From Lama guanicoe (lineage: Eukaryota): a stretch of DNA of 64,000 nt. This document shows positions 24,601 through 35,100 of this stretch, piece by piece. The notes under the pieces are model-generated. The model was given only the letters and a program-made list of their open reading frames with translations. It was not told the DNA's origin and searched no databases. The stretch spans positions 744,001-808,000 of the forward strand of contig MU053472.1 of NCBI GenBank assembly GCA_013239625.1. The letters are read 5' to 3'. The position numbers and the translations under genes are program-made. Within the stretch, counting starts at the first letter, position 1, and each line of letters opens with the position of its first letter.

Positions 24601-25929
24601 CATGCAAATACGTCTACTCACCAGATGACCCTGGCAGGGTCTGCTCCCAGTGGTCCTCTTTCCAAGCTTTTCTAGAGGTGGTCTTGCCAGAATACCTCTT
24701 GTCTGTGTCCAAGAGGGAGGCTGATGCCAGCTTTCTAATGCTGCCCACCGCCAGGAAATCACCTTCCCCATCTTCCCCTTCATCAAACCTGTCAATCACT
24801 CTGGCAGCAGTGGCTGTGTAGGGCAGGGGAAAAAGTAATCAGAATCTCCAGGTTAGAAGGAACTTCAATGGTAACCCTGTTCAACCCTTTAAACTCATAC
24901 TTGAACATCCTCTACAAAATCCCCACCAGCTTCCAAGAACGGGGAACTCATTACCTCACAAGGCAGACTACTTACTACCTTGCCACTGTTTCCCGAACAA
25001 AAAGCTGACTTTCTGCATTTACTAGAAGGATGTATTTCTATGCCCTGGATCATAAAAACTAGCCTAATTCCTCTTCCATGTGTGACCGGAGCCCAAATAT
25101 TTTAAGTCAGCTATCATCATGGTCTAGCCTCACTCCAGCCCATCCCTCAAGGAGTTTCTTTATCCTGGCTAAAAAGCCCCAGTTCCTCCAACTGATTATT
25201 CCTAAGTCACGGTCGGGCACTCACATTTATCCCTCCTTATTCCCCCTTCCTCATACTTCTCTGACTCAAGTCTAAAGCGGGATTACTCCCACCTAGACCC
25301 TGAACATCAGCTTACAGGACGGCAGCCTTATTCGTCAGCCACTAAGCAAGTGTGTTGAGGCCTAAAGAAGCTTAAATGGCACCACGGAAGCCTACTTCTT
25401 CCTTCACCCTCCAAGTAAGTTCTCAGGGGCAGGAAGTTTAGTTTAGTTTAGTTTAGTTTAGTTTTGTTTTGTTTTAAAGGATGAGACTACCTTCTTCTCG
25501 TTTCTAACCCAACGCCAGTAAGGGCATCCTCAAAGATAACTTCCTATCTGCTACCAGACTCCCTGCAACAGCCCTCGTCCAACAGTTAACCAAAGCCTGG
25601 TTCCTCCGATACTCCGCCCACCCGAGCACCGAGTCGAGAGTAGGCGTCAGAAGGAAATCAAAGCCCCCCTCCCCAGCCCCGCAGGCTCACTCTCCAGAGA
25701 AACAGTTTTCCTCTGGGCAAGGGGAAAGAGAGTAGGCAGAGCGGTGAGGCCCGGCTACCGGCCCCCGACACGCCGCCCGGGTCCGCATCGGGCCCAGCCC
25801 ACCGCTCCGCACATGGCCTTGCCCCCGTCAGGCCTCACCCTCCTCCGGGTCGGCCTCAGGATCCGCCTCGCGCGGTCGCGGGTTCAACAACTGTTCCAGC
25901 TGCAGCGCCAGAGGCTGCGGCCCCGCCAT
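21538..25929 (-). CDS. AATF: Apoptosis antagonizing transcription factor (Che-1), 5' partial: join(25839-25929, 24622-24813, 22132-22557, 21538-21675); the gene continues beyond position 1
   Basis: Spliced translation [51 protein letters not shown]...[39 protein letters not shown]...ALKN; GT-AG junctions, all phase 1. Confidence 0.97.
22132..22557 (-). CDS. AATF: AATF exon 3 (acidic region)
   Basis: Acceptor tttag|[13 protein letters not shown]...[13 protein letters not shown]...[13 protein letters not shown]; donor G|GTTTG; 426 nt. Confidence 0.96.
23590..23885. mobile_element. MIR SINE
   Basis: TGACCTTAAGCAAGTTACTTAACC...CTCAATTTCCTTATCTGTAAAATGGGGATAA. Confidence 0.75.
24622..24813 (-). 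CDS. AATF: AATF exon 2
   Basis: Acceptor cacag|[42 protein letters not shown]...EQTLPGSS; donor G|GTGAGT; 192 nt. Confidence 0.97.
25436..25475 (+). repeat. (GTTTA)5-(GTTTT)3 microsatellite in AATF intron 1
   Basis: Direct reading. Confidence 0.9.
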
Positions 25930-26480
25930 GGTTCACCGGGTCTCGCTCGGCGCCGCGCTGGTGAACGTCGCTCTCTCCCCTTGGGGGGTCCTCTCTCCCG
26001 GAGCCCACCCCTCAGCACAACCAGGGACGCGCGGAGCCCGGCCAGCAACTTCCGGGAGGAGCGCGGGAGGGGGCGGGGTCTACGCGTCACCACGGGCGTT
26101 GCTAGGATGAAGGCGGAAGCGCCTTGAAGGCTGATGCGTCTGCGCGTGCGCGCACGCCGAGGGGGTGTGTTGGGCGGCGCGGGAGCGCGCGAGGGCACGT
26201 GGCCGCCTTTTGCTCTGAATCCGGACTGGAATGCGCGCCGCCCTTGTCCCCTTGCGTAAAGTATGCCCCAAGATTTGTCCGAGATTTGCTTACAAATAAA
26301 GTGTAGTGTAGCCGTGACCAGCGGTGGCTGATTTGGGAAGGAGGAGAAATAAAGGGTTAGCGTTTCGAGCCTCACGTGTGCTTTAGGGCACGCACAGACT
26401 GGTACCAAAAGCAGGTATGGCATTTCACAATTTAGAGGACTCTGGGGCCGGGCACACTCCTCTGACCCCGCGGCGGCCAC
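25600..26480 (-). promoter_or_regulatory. AATF CpG-island housekeeping-type promoter
   Basis: ETS CCGGAAGT 26048-26055 (minus), GC box 26070-26078, half-CRE CGTCA 26085-26089, NRF1-like TGCGCGTGCGCG 26141-26152, E2F-like GGCGCGGGA ~26176, E-boxes CACGTG 26196-26201 and 26373-26378; no TATA. Confidence 0.85.
25839..25929 (-). CDS. AATF: AATF coding exon 1
   Basis: ACCATGG start at 25929; [30 protein letters not shown]; donor G|GTGAG. Confidence 0.96.
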
Positions 26481-29400
26481 GATTTGGAAATCCTGCCTCA
26501 GGGATCTGCATGTGTAAGTGTGCGGTGGACTGCTGACGTCTATATTAATAGGAATAATTAGATACCGCAATAACTGTGCGTAAAGATTGATTCCGTAGCT
26601 TCTCCAAGTAGCCTTGTCCGTGCAGGGAAAAGGGGGTGATGTGAGCATTACTATACTGCACACCCATCGGTATTGATATCCTTGCTGTTTAAAGATGAGG
26701 GCATACTCAGACACTTGAAACTGGTGCACAAATTCAGAAAAAGTTAGGTCTACATTTAGAGGGGCACGGGCAGACTCAAAATATAAAGACCTAATAGGGT
26801 CAATTTAATTACACCCAGGCACATGAAAAGATGGAATCCCTTTATATGCTGTTTTCTTCATCAAGCATTCCCTGACTGCCCGCTATGTGGCAGGCACTGC
26901 TAGATGAGATACAAAGATAAGTAAGTTAGATTCTCTCCTGGCGCTGATCAGCCTAGGAGGGCAGACAAACGTGTAAACAGAAACTGTAAAAAGGGATGAT
27001 AAGGGTGCGTACAAAGCGGTCTATCCTTCCTGTATCTGTGTGAGGTCACCTGTAAAGACTTAGCCCCTAAACACAAACTGCCTCAAAAAGATCCAGAAAA
27101 CAGGGTTAGGGGGTGCCCCATGCCCTTCTTGGGAACAGCCCAAGCCAGTTGGATCCTGCAGCTGAACAGCCTGGGGAACCCTCAATTCTCCAGTGTCTCC
27201 TGTGGAACCCAAGGGAAGTGAGGGCCCCTGACTTCCCCAGTCTTCATATGCCCCCAGTGTTGAGAGCAATGAGAGACCTCTTGTCCCATGTCCCCTTCCT
27301 TGGTGGTTGCAGAGGGGAATGAGAACCCTCAGGGTAGATGCCCACAGACCTGGAAGGGAAAGAACTCCAGGCTAAGATGGGGCCACCCTAGGCAGGGGAC
27401 TGAGGTGACGAAAACTGCTTTTTACCATCTGCAATAGAATTCAGTCTAGGAAACAGTTTTAAGACAAAAACAAACAAAAAACACATCCCCTGTAATTGCA
27501 GTCTGGTGCCTGTGTCTAGGGCCTTCACAGCAAAAGCAGGCTCTGCAGTCTGGGACAGCCATCACCCTGGGTTTCGAAGGACAAAAATGTTTCTCTCACC
27601 CAATATTTGGGAAACTACTTCCCTTCCTATTCTGGACCTTTTCCCTTCCTATTCTGGACACTAATAATGCTTAGAAATCCGGCCTTGGGGCAAACAAAAG
27701 GGAGAAAAGGAGGAGGGAGGTAAGGCAGAGCAGAGACCACCCCTAAGCTGTCATGCAAACAGGACACTCCTGGATGATTCTGGGCGGAAAATGCCTGCTT
27801 CCCTACTCTCCAGTCTCTGTCCTGGTGTCCACTGACTTGGGGAGCCTTTTGTGTGTGTGGACCTGTCACACACATCCCAGGGTCCCCAAAATGCTTCCCC
27901 TGCTTTCTCACCCGATCCCGAGGGTAGGGAGGGGACTCCAGGAGTGGAGGGAAGAGGAAAGAGTTCTAGGACTTGAGGTGCAGCTGAGAGAAGTTGAGGC
28001 AGAGGGCAGAAGAGCAGCCTCCTAAATCCCCTCTCTGGGGGACCCTCCCTACTTGATTCTAGTTTCTTGGGAAGGGAGGAGGGGTTTCCTGACAGGGGTG
28101 GGGGTGGAGATGGAGGGGCCATTTCAAAGACTGAATCTCCTAGAAGAAATGAAAACCCTGACTGCTCTAGTGATGTGAGCAGGTGAGATGAGGGGTCCTC
28201 TCCAGAGAAGGTCAGAGGGTCTCCCAGTTCACAGTCCCTCTGCCTGTGGCAAAATGGCAGACAGATGTAGGAAGAGCAGAGGGGTGACACTGGATGCTAC
28301 CCCCCTCCTTATTTTCCAACCGTCTGTTCACATGACCAGGAGTTTCAAGAGTTTGGGGGAATCCAGGTTCTTACCTGTCTCTCTTCTCTCTTCTCAGATG
28401 CTATCAAACCCCAGGTCCCAGGGCCCTGCCAGTGCTCATCCTGGCTCTCCACACATAGTCGTCCCCAACCTCGACATGCCTTAAGCAGTTCCCACTTTCT
28501 CCCAACCTGGAGAGAGGAGAGGTGGGTGAGCTTGGCTTTCCTCACCCAGGGCAGATGGCAGCTCCCAGCCGCTGGAACCCTGAGAGCAGGTGGCTAGAGG
28601 CACAGAGGTGGCAGCCTTAAGATGGCTGCGGAGAGAAACCAGGCTGCCAAGCCCGGGCCAGAGAGAAGACTGTGCTCCCGGGCGGGAAGGGACCGCCCCA
28701 GGGGCTCCCAGCGCTGCATGGGGATGCTGCAGCGCTTCCCTGTACCTCGGGGCCAGACATGGGCAGAACAGCTCTGATGGAGAACAGTCCCTGACATTTC
28801 TAGACCTCCTCGGCAGGCAGCTCCAAATTTGACTGCTAAACTTTGCCACCTGTTCAGGGATTCGTTAAGGTTCTGGGTACAGCTCCGAGGAGGAAAGATC
28901 GAACTGCTGCCACGGAGTCAGAGAAAGGAATTAAGTCCACACCGAACAACCTACTCTAAAACGCTTCTTATCAAGGACCGGATTCCACAATAAAGCTGCT
29001 AAATAATTCAGCAGGCTTGATAGGAAAATGCAGCTTCCCAATGAGCATACGTTCAGTTAAATGAATTTCTTTAAAGGGAACTGGCTATAATGAAGAAGTT
29101 GGCTATGATTTACTATATATAAACACTAAAAAAGGCAAAAAACAAGCCAATCCAGTGATTGCATACAAAGCAGATAAAGAAATGTGCTGCATGCAGAGGC
29201 TAGGAGTTTCAAAAGTCTCCCCTGTATTTCATAAATTTGTATTTCTGAAAGAACACTGTCAGATTCCTCCCTGATATTCCTTCCCATTGGATAAGCTGTC
29301 ATGTGGATGCAGAGAAATATTGCTTATTTTAAAGCCTTAGCAAGAAAGATACACTTGGTTGTGTCTTAATAAAATATGAAAATGACACTAGAAATTACAT

Positions 29401-30309
29401 ACCATTTAACATAAAACCTTTGTTTTTTAAAGCTAAGGAAATAAATAACCCGGACCAAAATCTAGGCAATATGAAAAAGAATTCTGGAACTCAAATAGTG
29501 TCTGATATTAAAACACACATACCTATTTCATAACAGATAAAATATTTAAATTCCTTCCATGTTTAATGAAGGCTTGGAAGGGATTTCACTACTTTTCAGA
29601 ACGTACTGGCAACTCCCAGCTGAAATTTGATTTCTACATTGGTTATTTTTGCTCATCTTTCAGGGAAACGTAATATGTATCTTGTGCCAGGCAAAATAGT
29701 TTTCCTTCTGAGGAACTTCAAATGAAACAAATACTATAAAACAACTATTTCATATCAGTTCTGGGAAGGGGATTAAAGTATTTCATTTCTAGCTGTGCTG
29801 TACATTCATTTTACGTTATCTTTCAAACCACCAAATTAGAAAGCAGGATTATCTATGGGAAATGAATTGAAACTGTAAAGGACCCTCTCTAACTATCTAT
29901 TTACAGGTAACTGACATTCACAAGTCCAGTTTTGCATGTTCAGAGGGGGCAGAGAGAGTGTATGGGGTCTCATGCCTAATCACAGACTGGGACAATTTTT
30001 AGCCATGGACTTGATTTCTAGTTCAAATTCTATATTAACTTCTCAGCAAACATCTCTTCAACTGTATCACCTAAGTCCACAGAATGCAAATCTATAGTCA
30101 ATAACAGCAGGAAGGCATGGAGGAAAGGTTGGCTGGCATTAGCAAAGGGGTTCAACCACAGCCAAGGTAAAAACAGATTATCCCCCCCTTCTGCCTGCTT
30201 TTCTTCCTCCAGGCTTGTGAGGGGTCATTCAGCTCCCCACCACACCTTGATTCTAGTTTTTAAAAACATCAAATAACACACCAATTATCTAAACATCAGA
30301 TTTTCTATT

Positions 30310-30334
30310 TTTATTAAAAACTCACAAATTTATT
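30310..30334 (-). terminator. LHX1 polyadenylation signal (tandem AATAAA)
   Basis: Minus-strand AATAAA at 30329-30334 and 30310-30315, followed by a GU/U-rich stretch (TGGTGTGTTATTTGATGTTTTT). A further AATAAA lies at 30499-30504. Confidence 0.75.
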
Positions 30335-31047
30335 CAACATGTTTTCTTTCATACAGTGAATGGTCTAATATGCACTGGAGGTCACACAAGCTTAGGTTTA
30401 TCAGAACAATAAAAGACATATGAGAAATTTAATATATAAAGAAAAAAGTAGCAGCTGTTGACTGCATATTTGACCATAAAATTTAAATATTTTGGACTTT
30501 TATTTTAAAGACACAAAAATAAAACCTGTGTGGGTCTATATAAGTCATATTAACAATTCCATGAATGTTCAACAGGACTAAAAATTACCAAAGATGTTTT
30601 TTTTAAACCTTGTAACACTTTTTTTTTAACACTTTCTCAGGTTGTGGTGCCAAGCACCATTACAGTATTTGTGCTATAATTATTCTATTTGGCAAGTGTC
30701 TGAATATCATGTTTTTTCTTTGCCTTGTGTAAACAACACCTTTTTACATACTAGCACAGTGAGCTGTGAGCCCTGCAAATCTGTCAGAACATCTACAGGA
30801 AAAGAAAATGAACAATTTTGGTTGATTGCTCAAAACGTTTTGTTTTGAACAAGAGGTTTCAAAACAGGATATATTAGTAAAACACTGAACTCCTGAATTT
30901 AAACGTTATACGTAAACAGTTGACTGTTTTTAATTTAATAGTCTTTTTTTTTAATTTTTGTGTGTGAAGGTAGAATACTTTTCTTGTACAGCTGATGTTC
31001 AAGTCATTTTACTGAGAGGTCTGTCTGGAGACCATCCATCCTATGGA

Positions 31048-31075
31048 GTGTGTGTGTGTGTGTGTGTGTGTGTGT
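31048..31075 (+). repeat. (GT)14 microsatellite in the LHX1 3'UTR ((AC)n in the mRNA)
   Basis: Direct reading. Confidence 0.95.
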
Positions 31076-31755
31076 AGTTTTGTAAAGGTAGAAGAGTTGA
31101 TACTGAGGGCTTTACATTTAGAATTTTGCAATTTTGGCAGAAACAAACAAACAAAACCCAAAAACCCAGATAGACAAAAAATATATATATATAGTCCCAC
31201 CTGATGCACAGCAGGTCGGTGTTTCTGAAGCTATAAGAGTTTGTTGTCGCTGTTGCTGAACTCTGAGACAACACTAGTAGATTTCCCAGAGCCAGAACCC
31301 TCCTGGCTGGCCCGGGAGCGCCCCCGGCTGCTTCACCTCCCTCAAGCGGCTGCGGGCACAGCCTCCCTCCCCGCGGCTCCTGGTGTCATAACTGGCTGGC
31401 CGCCCCCGCGGCTGCCGTGGGTGTTTCTATGCTGCCTGCGGCCTGGCACTCACGCCCGCGGCGTCTGTCTAAGGATCCGGGTCCAGGGGGGAGGTGGGGC
31501 GAGGTCTGCATTTTCCTTCGGGAGCCCCATTTCTGCACCTTGCCGGCCAGCGCATGGATTCCGGTCCCACCTCCAGGCGGATTTGGATCCTATTTCGTGT
31601 CCCCCTTTTCCGTCCGGTCTCCCCAGACGGAAAATGGTCCCCGAGGCTGGAGGAAGTAGGGGGATGACTTCTTTTTTTTTCTTTTTTTCTATTTTTCTTA
31701 AATAAAGGTTCATTTCTGTACAACCACGAACTCCGCGGACCATGCACGACCCCCG

Positions 31756-32135
31756 CTACCACACGGCCGCCTCGTTCATTTCAGGGGGGTGAGACAGGTG
31801 GTTCCCGTAGCTCGCCCCGCCGTTGACCGACAGCGACGAGAAGGGTGGGCTGGGCCCGAAGACTTCAGCCGACATTGAGTGGAGAGGCCCGGGCAAGCTG
31901 GGCTCGGGGCTGGGCGAGTCCCCGGGGGGATGCGCCAGGATGTCGGTGAACCGCTGCGCCTCGCTCGACGGGTGGTGGCCGGGCAGCGGGTGCTCCAGGC
32001 CGCCCAGGGGGGTCCCGGACGGCCCGGACGACGGCACGAAGGGCAGGTCCACCGGCGTCTGGGCCTGTGAGGACGGGGGGCCTTGCGGGAAGAAGTCGTA
32101 GTTGCCTCCGGGCCCGTAGTACTCGCTCTGGTAAT
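31756..32135 (-). CDS. LHX1: LHX1 coding exon 5 (C-terminal region to stop)
   Basis: Acceptor cgcag|[35 protein letters not shown]...[11 protein letters not shown] at 31756-31758. Confidence 0.98.
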
Positions 32136-35100
32136 CTGCGGAGCGCCGGGGAGGAGGTCAGGGCGGGGCCTGGGGCGGGGCGGGGTGACGGGGCGCGAAG
32201 GCGAGCTCGCGAGCCGGCTGGGAGGACAATGCGGGAACTGGCCTTCGGCGGGGCTCCCCTGCCAGGCTGGGAGCTCGGAGGAGGCTGGGTGCAAACACAG
32301 GAGATGCCCACCCCCCTCATACAGGGTCGGGAATTCGGTCCTGTTTCACTGCTTCCCCTTGATTTACTCTCCAGCCTTCACGCATCCCTTCCCCACTCTC
32401 CACTTTCCTAAAGAAAGCCGGAAGCGCTTCCGCGCTGCCACCCGCTTCCAACGATGCCAGCCCCGGCCTGCCCGCCCCCTACCCCTGGGCAACGCACCCA
32501 CCTCCATAGAAGGAGAAGGGCCCGTTGGGGATGAGTTCGCCCGGCTCCAGGCGATCCACGAGCGGTCGCATCCGACGCGGACTGCGAAAGAAGGCATGGC
32601 GCCGGGCGCCCAGCGCGCTCAGCTGCTTCATCCTCCGTTCCTTGGAGCGTCGGTTCTGGAACCAGACCTGAAGCACACACGCCGTCGGAGGGTGAGGCCA
32701 CGGAGACCCCACCCCCCGACTTCAGGTGGGCGGCCGGACCTGGCCCCTCACCCGAACACCACCTAGCCTAGCTCGGATTCCCGACTGGGTGTGTGTATGT
32801 GCCTGTGTGTGTGTGGTATATGGTGGGGGGTGGGGATGGTCTCTGAGTAGGACCGCGCAGGGTGGCCCTTGAGCCAATGGTGAACAGGATTCCCGACAGG
32901 GGAACCTGGGCAAGCCGCCTGCCCAACACGAGTCAGTTGGAGTTGTTTCTAACAGTTACACCGCCTCAATTAAAGCTTCTAGGGAGCTGTACACACAGAC
33001 ACTCAGCCTCTCCAAATAGTGTCAGACACACAGCTTCCCTTTCACGGACTCTGGCAGCACCCTCCCCTACATGATAGTGACAGAGAACCAAACAGCCTCC
33101 TGTTGACACTCAGTCTCCCAAAGATAGTGACACCAAACTCCACAATGTCCTTTTCACACCCACGCACAATCTCCCAGTTCCACACATACTTATGCACAGC
33201 CGCTCACTGGTAGTGACACACACGCAACCTCGCGTTCACCTGCGAGCAAGACGGGACAGCTACTCAGAGGCAGAGGGCTTCCCCGGAGGGCGGCGGGTAC
33301 ACGTGTGCCCACGCACACTCAGCCTCCCAGGCACGTCCACTCGCACCCTCGCAGAGCCTCTAGGCACCCGACACCTAACCTTGGGCCCGAATCTCAGGCA
33401 GTCTTAACGGTGCACCGGCACAGCTGCCCAGAAGGACGCCTCCCGTCCCTATCCCACTCGGGACAGGCCGAGGCAGGGCTGACTCCCTCCCCAACCACCT
33501 CCCCTTCAAACCCAAACAGCCCACTTCTCTTAGGAGGGCAAGTCTCTGCTCTGGGGCCTTCTAAATTGGGTCAAGAGCCCTACAAAATTGGGGGTAGGGA
33601 GGCAGAGGGAGATCACGTTGTGCGAAACCAGCGGAGCCGATTAACTCCAGGTTAGGCACAGCGACCTCTCGGCTTCTTCCGAACAGGGGTGGTGCAGAAA
33701 AGAATTGCTCCCAATCCTCGCCACAGTGTCCGACAGTGTCCCCTCTCCAGTCTCATGTTCCCTGTCCCTCCTCCTCCACCACCGCTGTCTCCCGCGTTGG
33801 ACTGGAAAGAGGAGGCGGCATAGGGATTTCCAGACGCTCTACGAATCAGGCGGCGCTTCAAAGGTCGAGCCGGATAGGGGTGTGTCTGGGTCTCTCCCCT
33901 CCCTCTCCGCCAGCCTCCAGGGGCTCGCTCCGCTCCTCAAACTGGCCCCCACCCCTGCGCCGCCCGCCGGGTGCCTGCATGGAATTGCCAGGTGGGCCTG
34001 GCGGGGGGCGGGGGGACTGAGCGGCACGTCCGGGCCCTGACCTGGATGACGCGCATGTTGAGGCCAGTCTCCTGAGCCAGCTGCTCGCGGATGTGGCGCG
34101 TGGGCTTGGGCGTAGCAGCAAAGGCGGCCTTCAGCGTCTCCAGCTGTTTGGCTTTAATGGTGGTGCGCGGCCCTCTCCGCTTGGCCCCCAGGTTCTGGTC
34201 GTCGTTCTCATTGCTGCCACCTTCTTTGTCAGACACATTGGCGCTCTCCGAGTCCTTGGCGTCGTCCTGCGACGGGTCTTGGGAGTCCGGAGACAAACTG
34301 GGGTCACTGCCGGTGGTGGCTGGGTAGAGGGAAGGGACAGGTGAGCAGCGGCCTTAGCCGGCCTTCCTCCCCCAGGACCCGCCCGTCCCTAACAAGCCGG
34401 GAATTAGGGCCTCACCCGAGTGGAGGCTGTTCTCTTTGGCGACACTGCTGTTGCTTAGGTAATCCTCTTTGCAGACGAACTTGTTCTCATCGATGATGTA
34501 AAGCTCCTCGCCCGTGGAGAGCTGCTTGTTACACATCATACAGGTGAAGCAGTTCAGGTGAAACACTTTGCTCCGCGCTCTCCGCACCAGGTCGCTAGGG
34601 GAGATGCCCTGCGCGCAGCCCGCGCATTTGGTACCGAAACACCTGCAGGGAGGCGGGTTGGCGAGGACCAAGGAAAGACAGAGGCCGGGAGAAAGGCGGT
34701 AGAGAAAGAAATCGAAAGTGGAGGAAGAATATGAAGGGGAAAAAGAAGAGACACACACACACAAAAAGAAAAGAAAAGAAAGAGACAGATGTCGATTAAG
34801 CAAGCAAGAAGGTAGAAGGAGAGGGCGCCGGGCACCAGAGGAAAGTCAGAGAGGAGATACACATGGTTAGAATCGTAGAGTGAGGAGCCCAAGCTGCCCC
34901 CACCCCTAACCTCACGCCCAGTGTTGTCCCAAAGGGAAAAAGCGCTGCTGAAGAAGGCGGCAAGTCGGCAAAGGGAAGGTGGAGAGAGGCACTTATTTTC
35001 CAATTAGATCCGGAGAACAAAATTAGATCTCCATGTAAGATGGAGCGCTGGCTTTTCTACGTATCGCCTCTCATTTGCCGAAAAAGAACCCGCGCACAGA

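Larger units (their letters stand above)
30290..31755 (-). other. LHX1: LHX1 3'UTR (~1.45 kb)
   Basis: Runs from the stop codon to tandem AATAAA signals; GC-rich proximal half, AU-rich distal half. The exact end is inferred. Confidence 0.75.

Noticed and set aside
25884..26729. 281 aa minus-strand ORF across the AATF promoter
   Set aside because: Non-ATG start, out of frame with AATF, low-complexity Arg/Pro/Gly content typical of CpG islands.
28545..28620. CTCF-like AGATGGCAG/AGGTGGCAG motifs (also ~43776)
   Set aside because: The 5' half of the core matches poorly; cannot be called without a PWM scan or ChIP.
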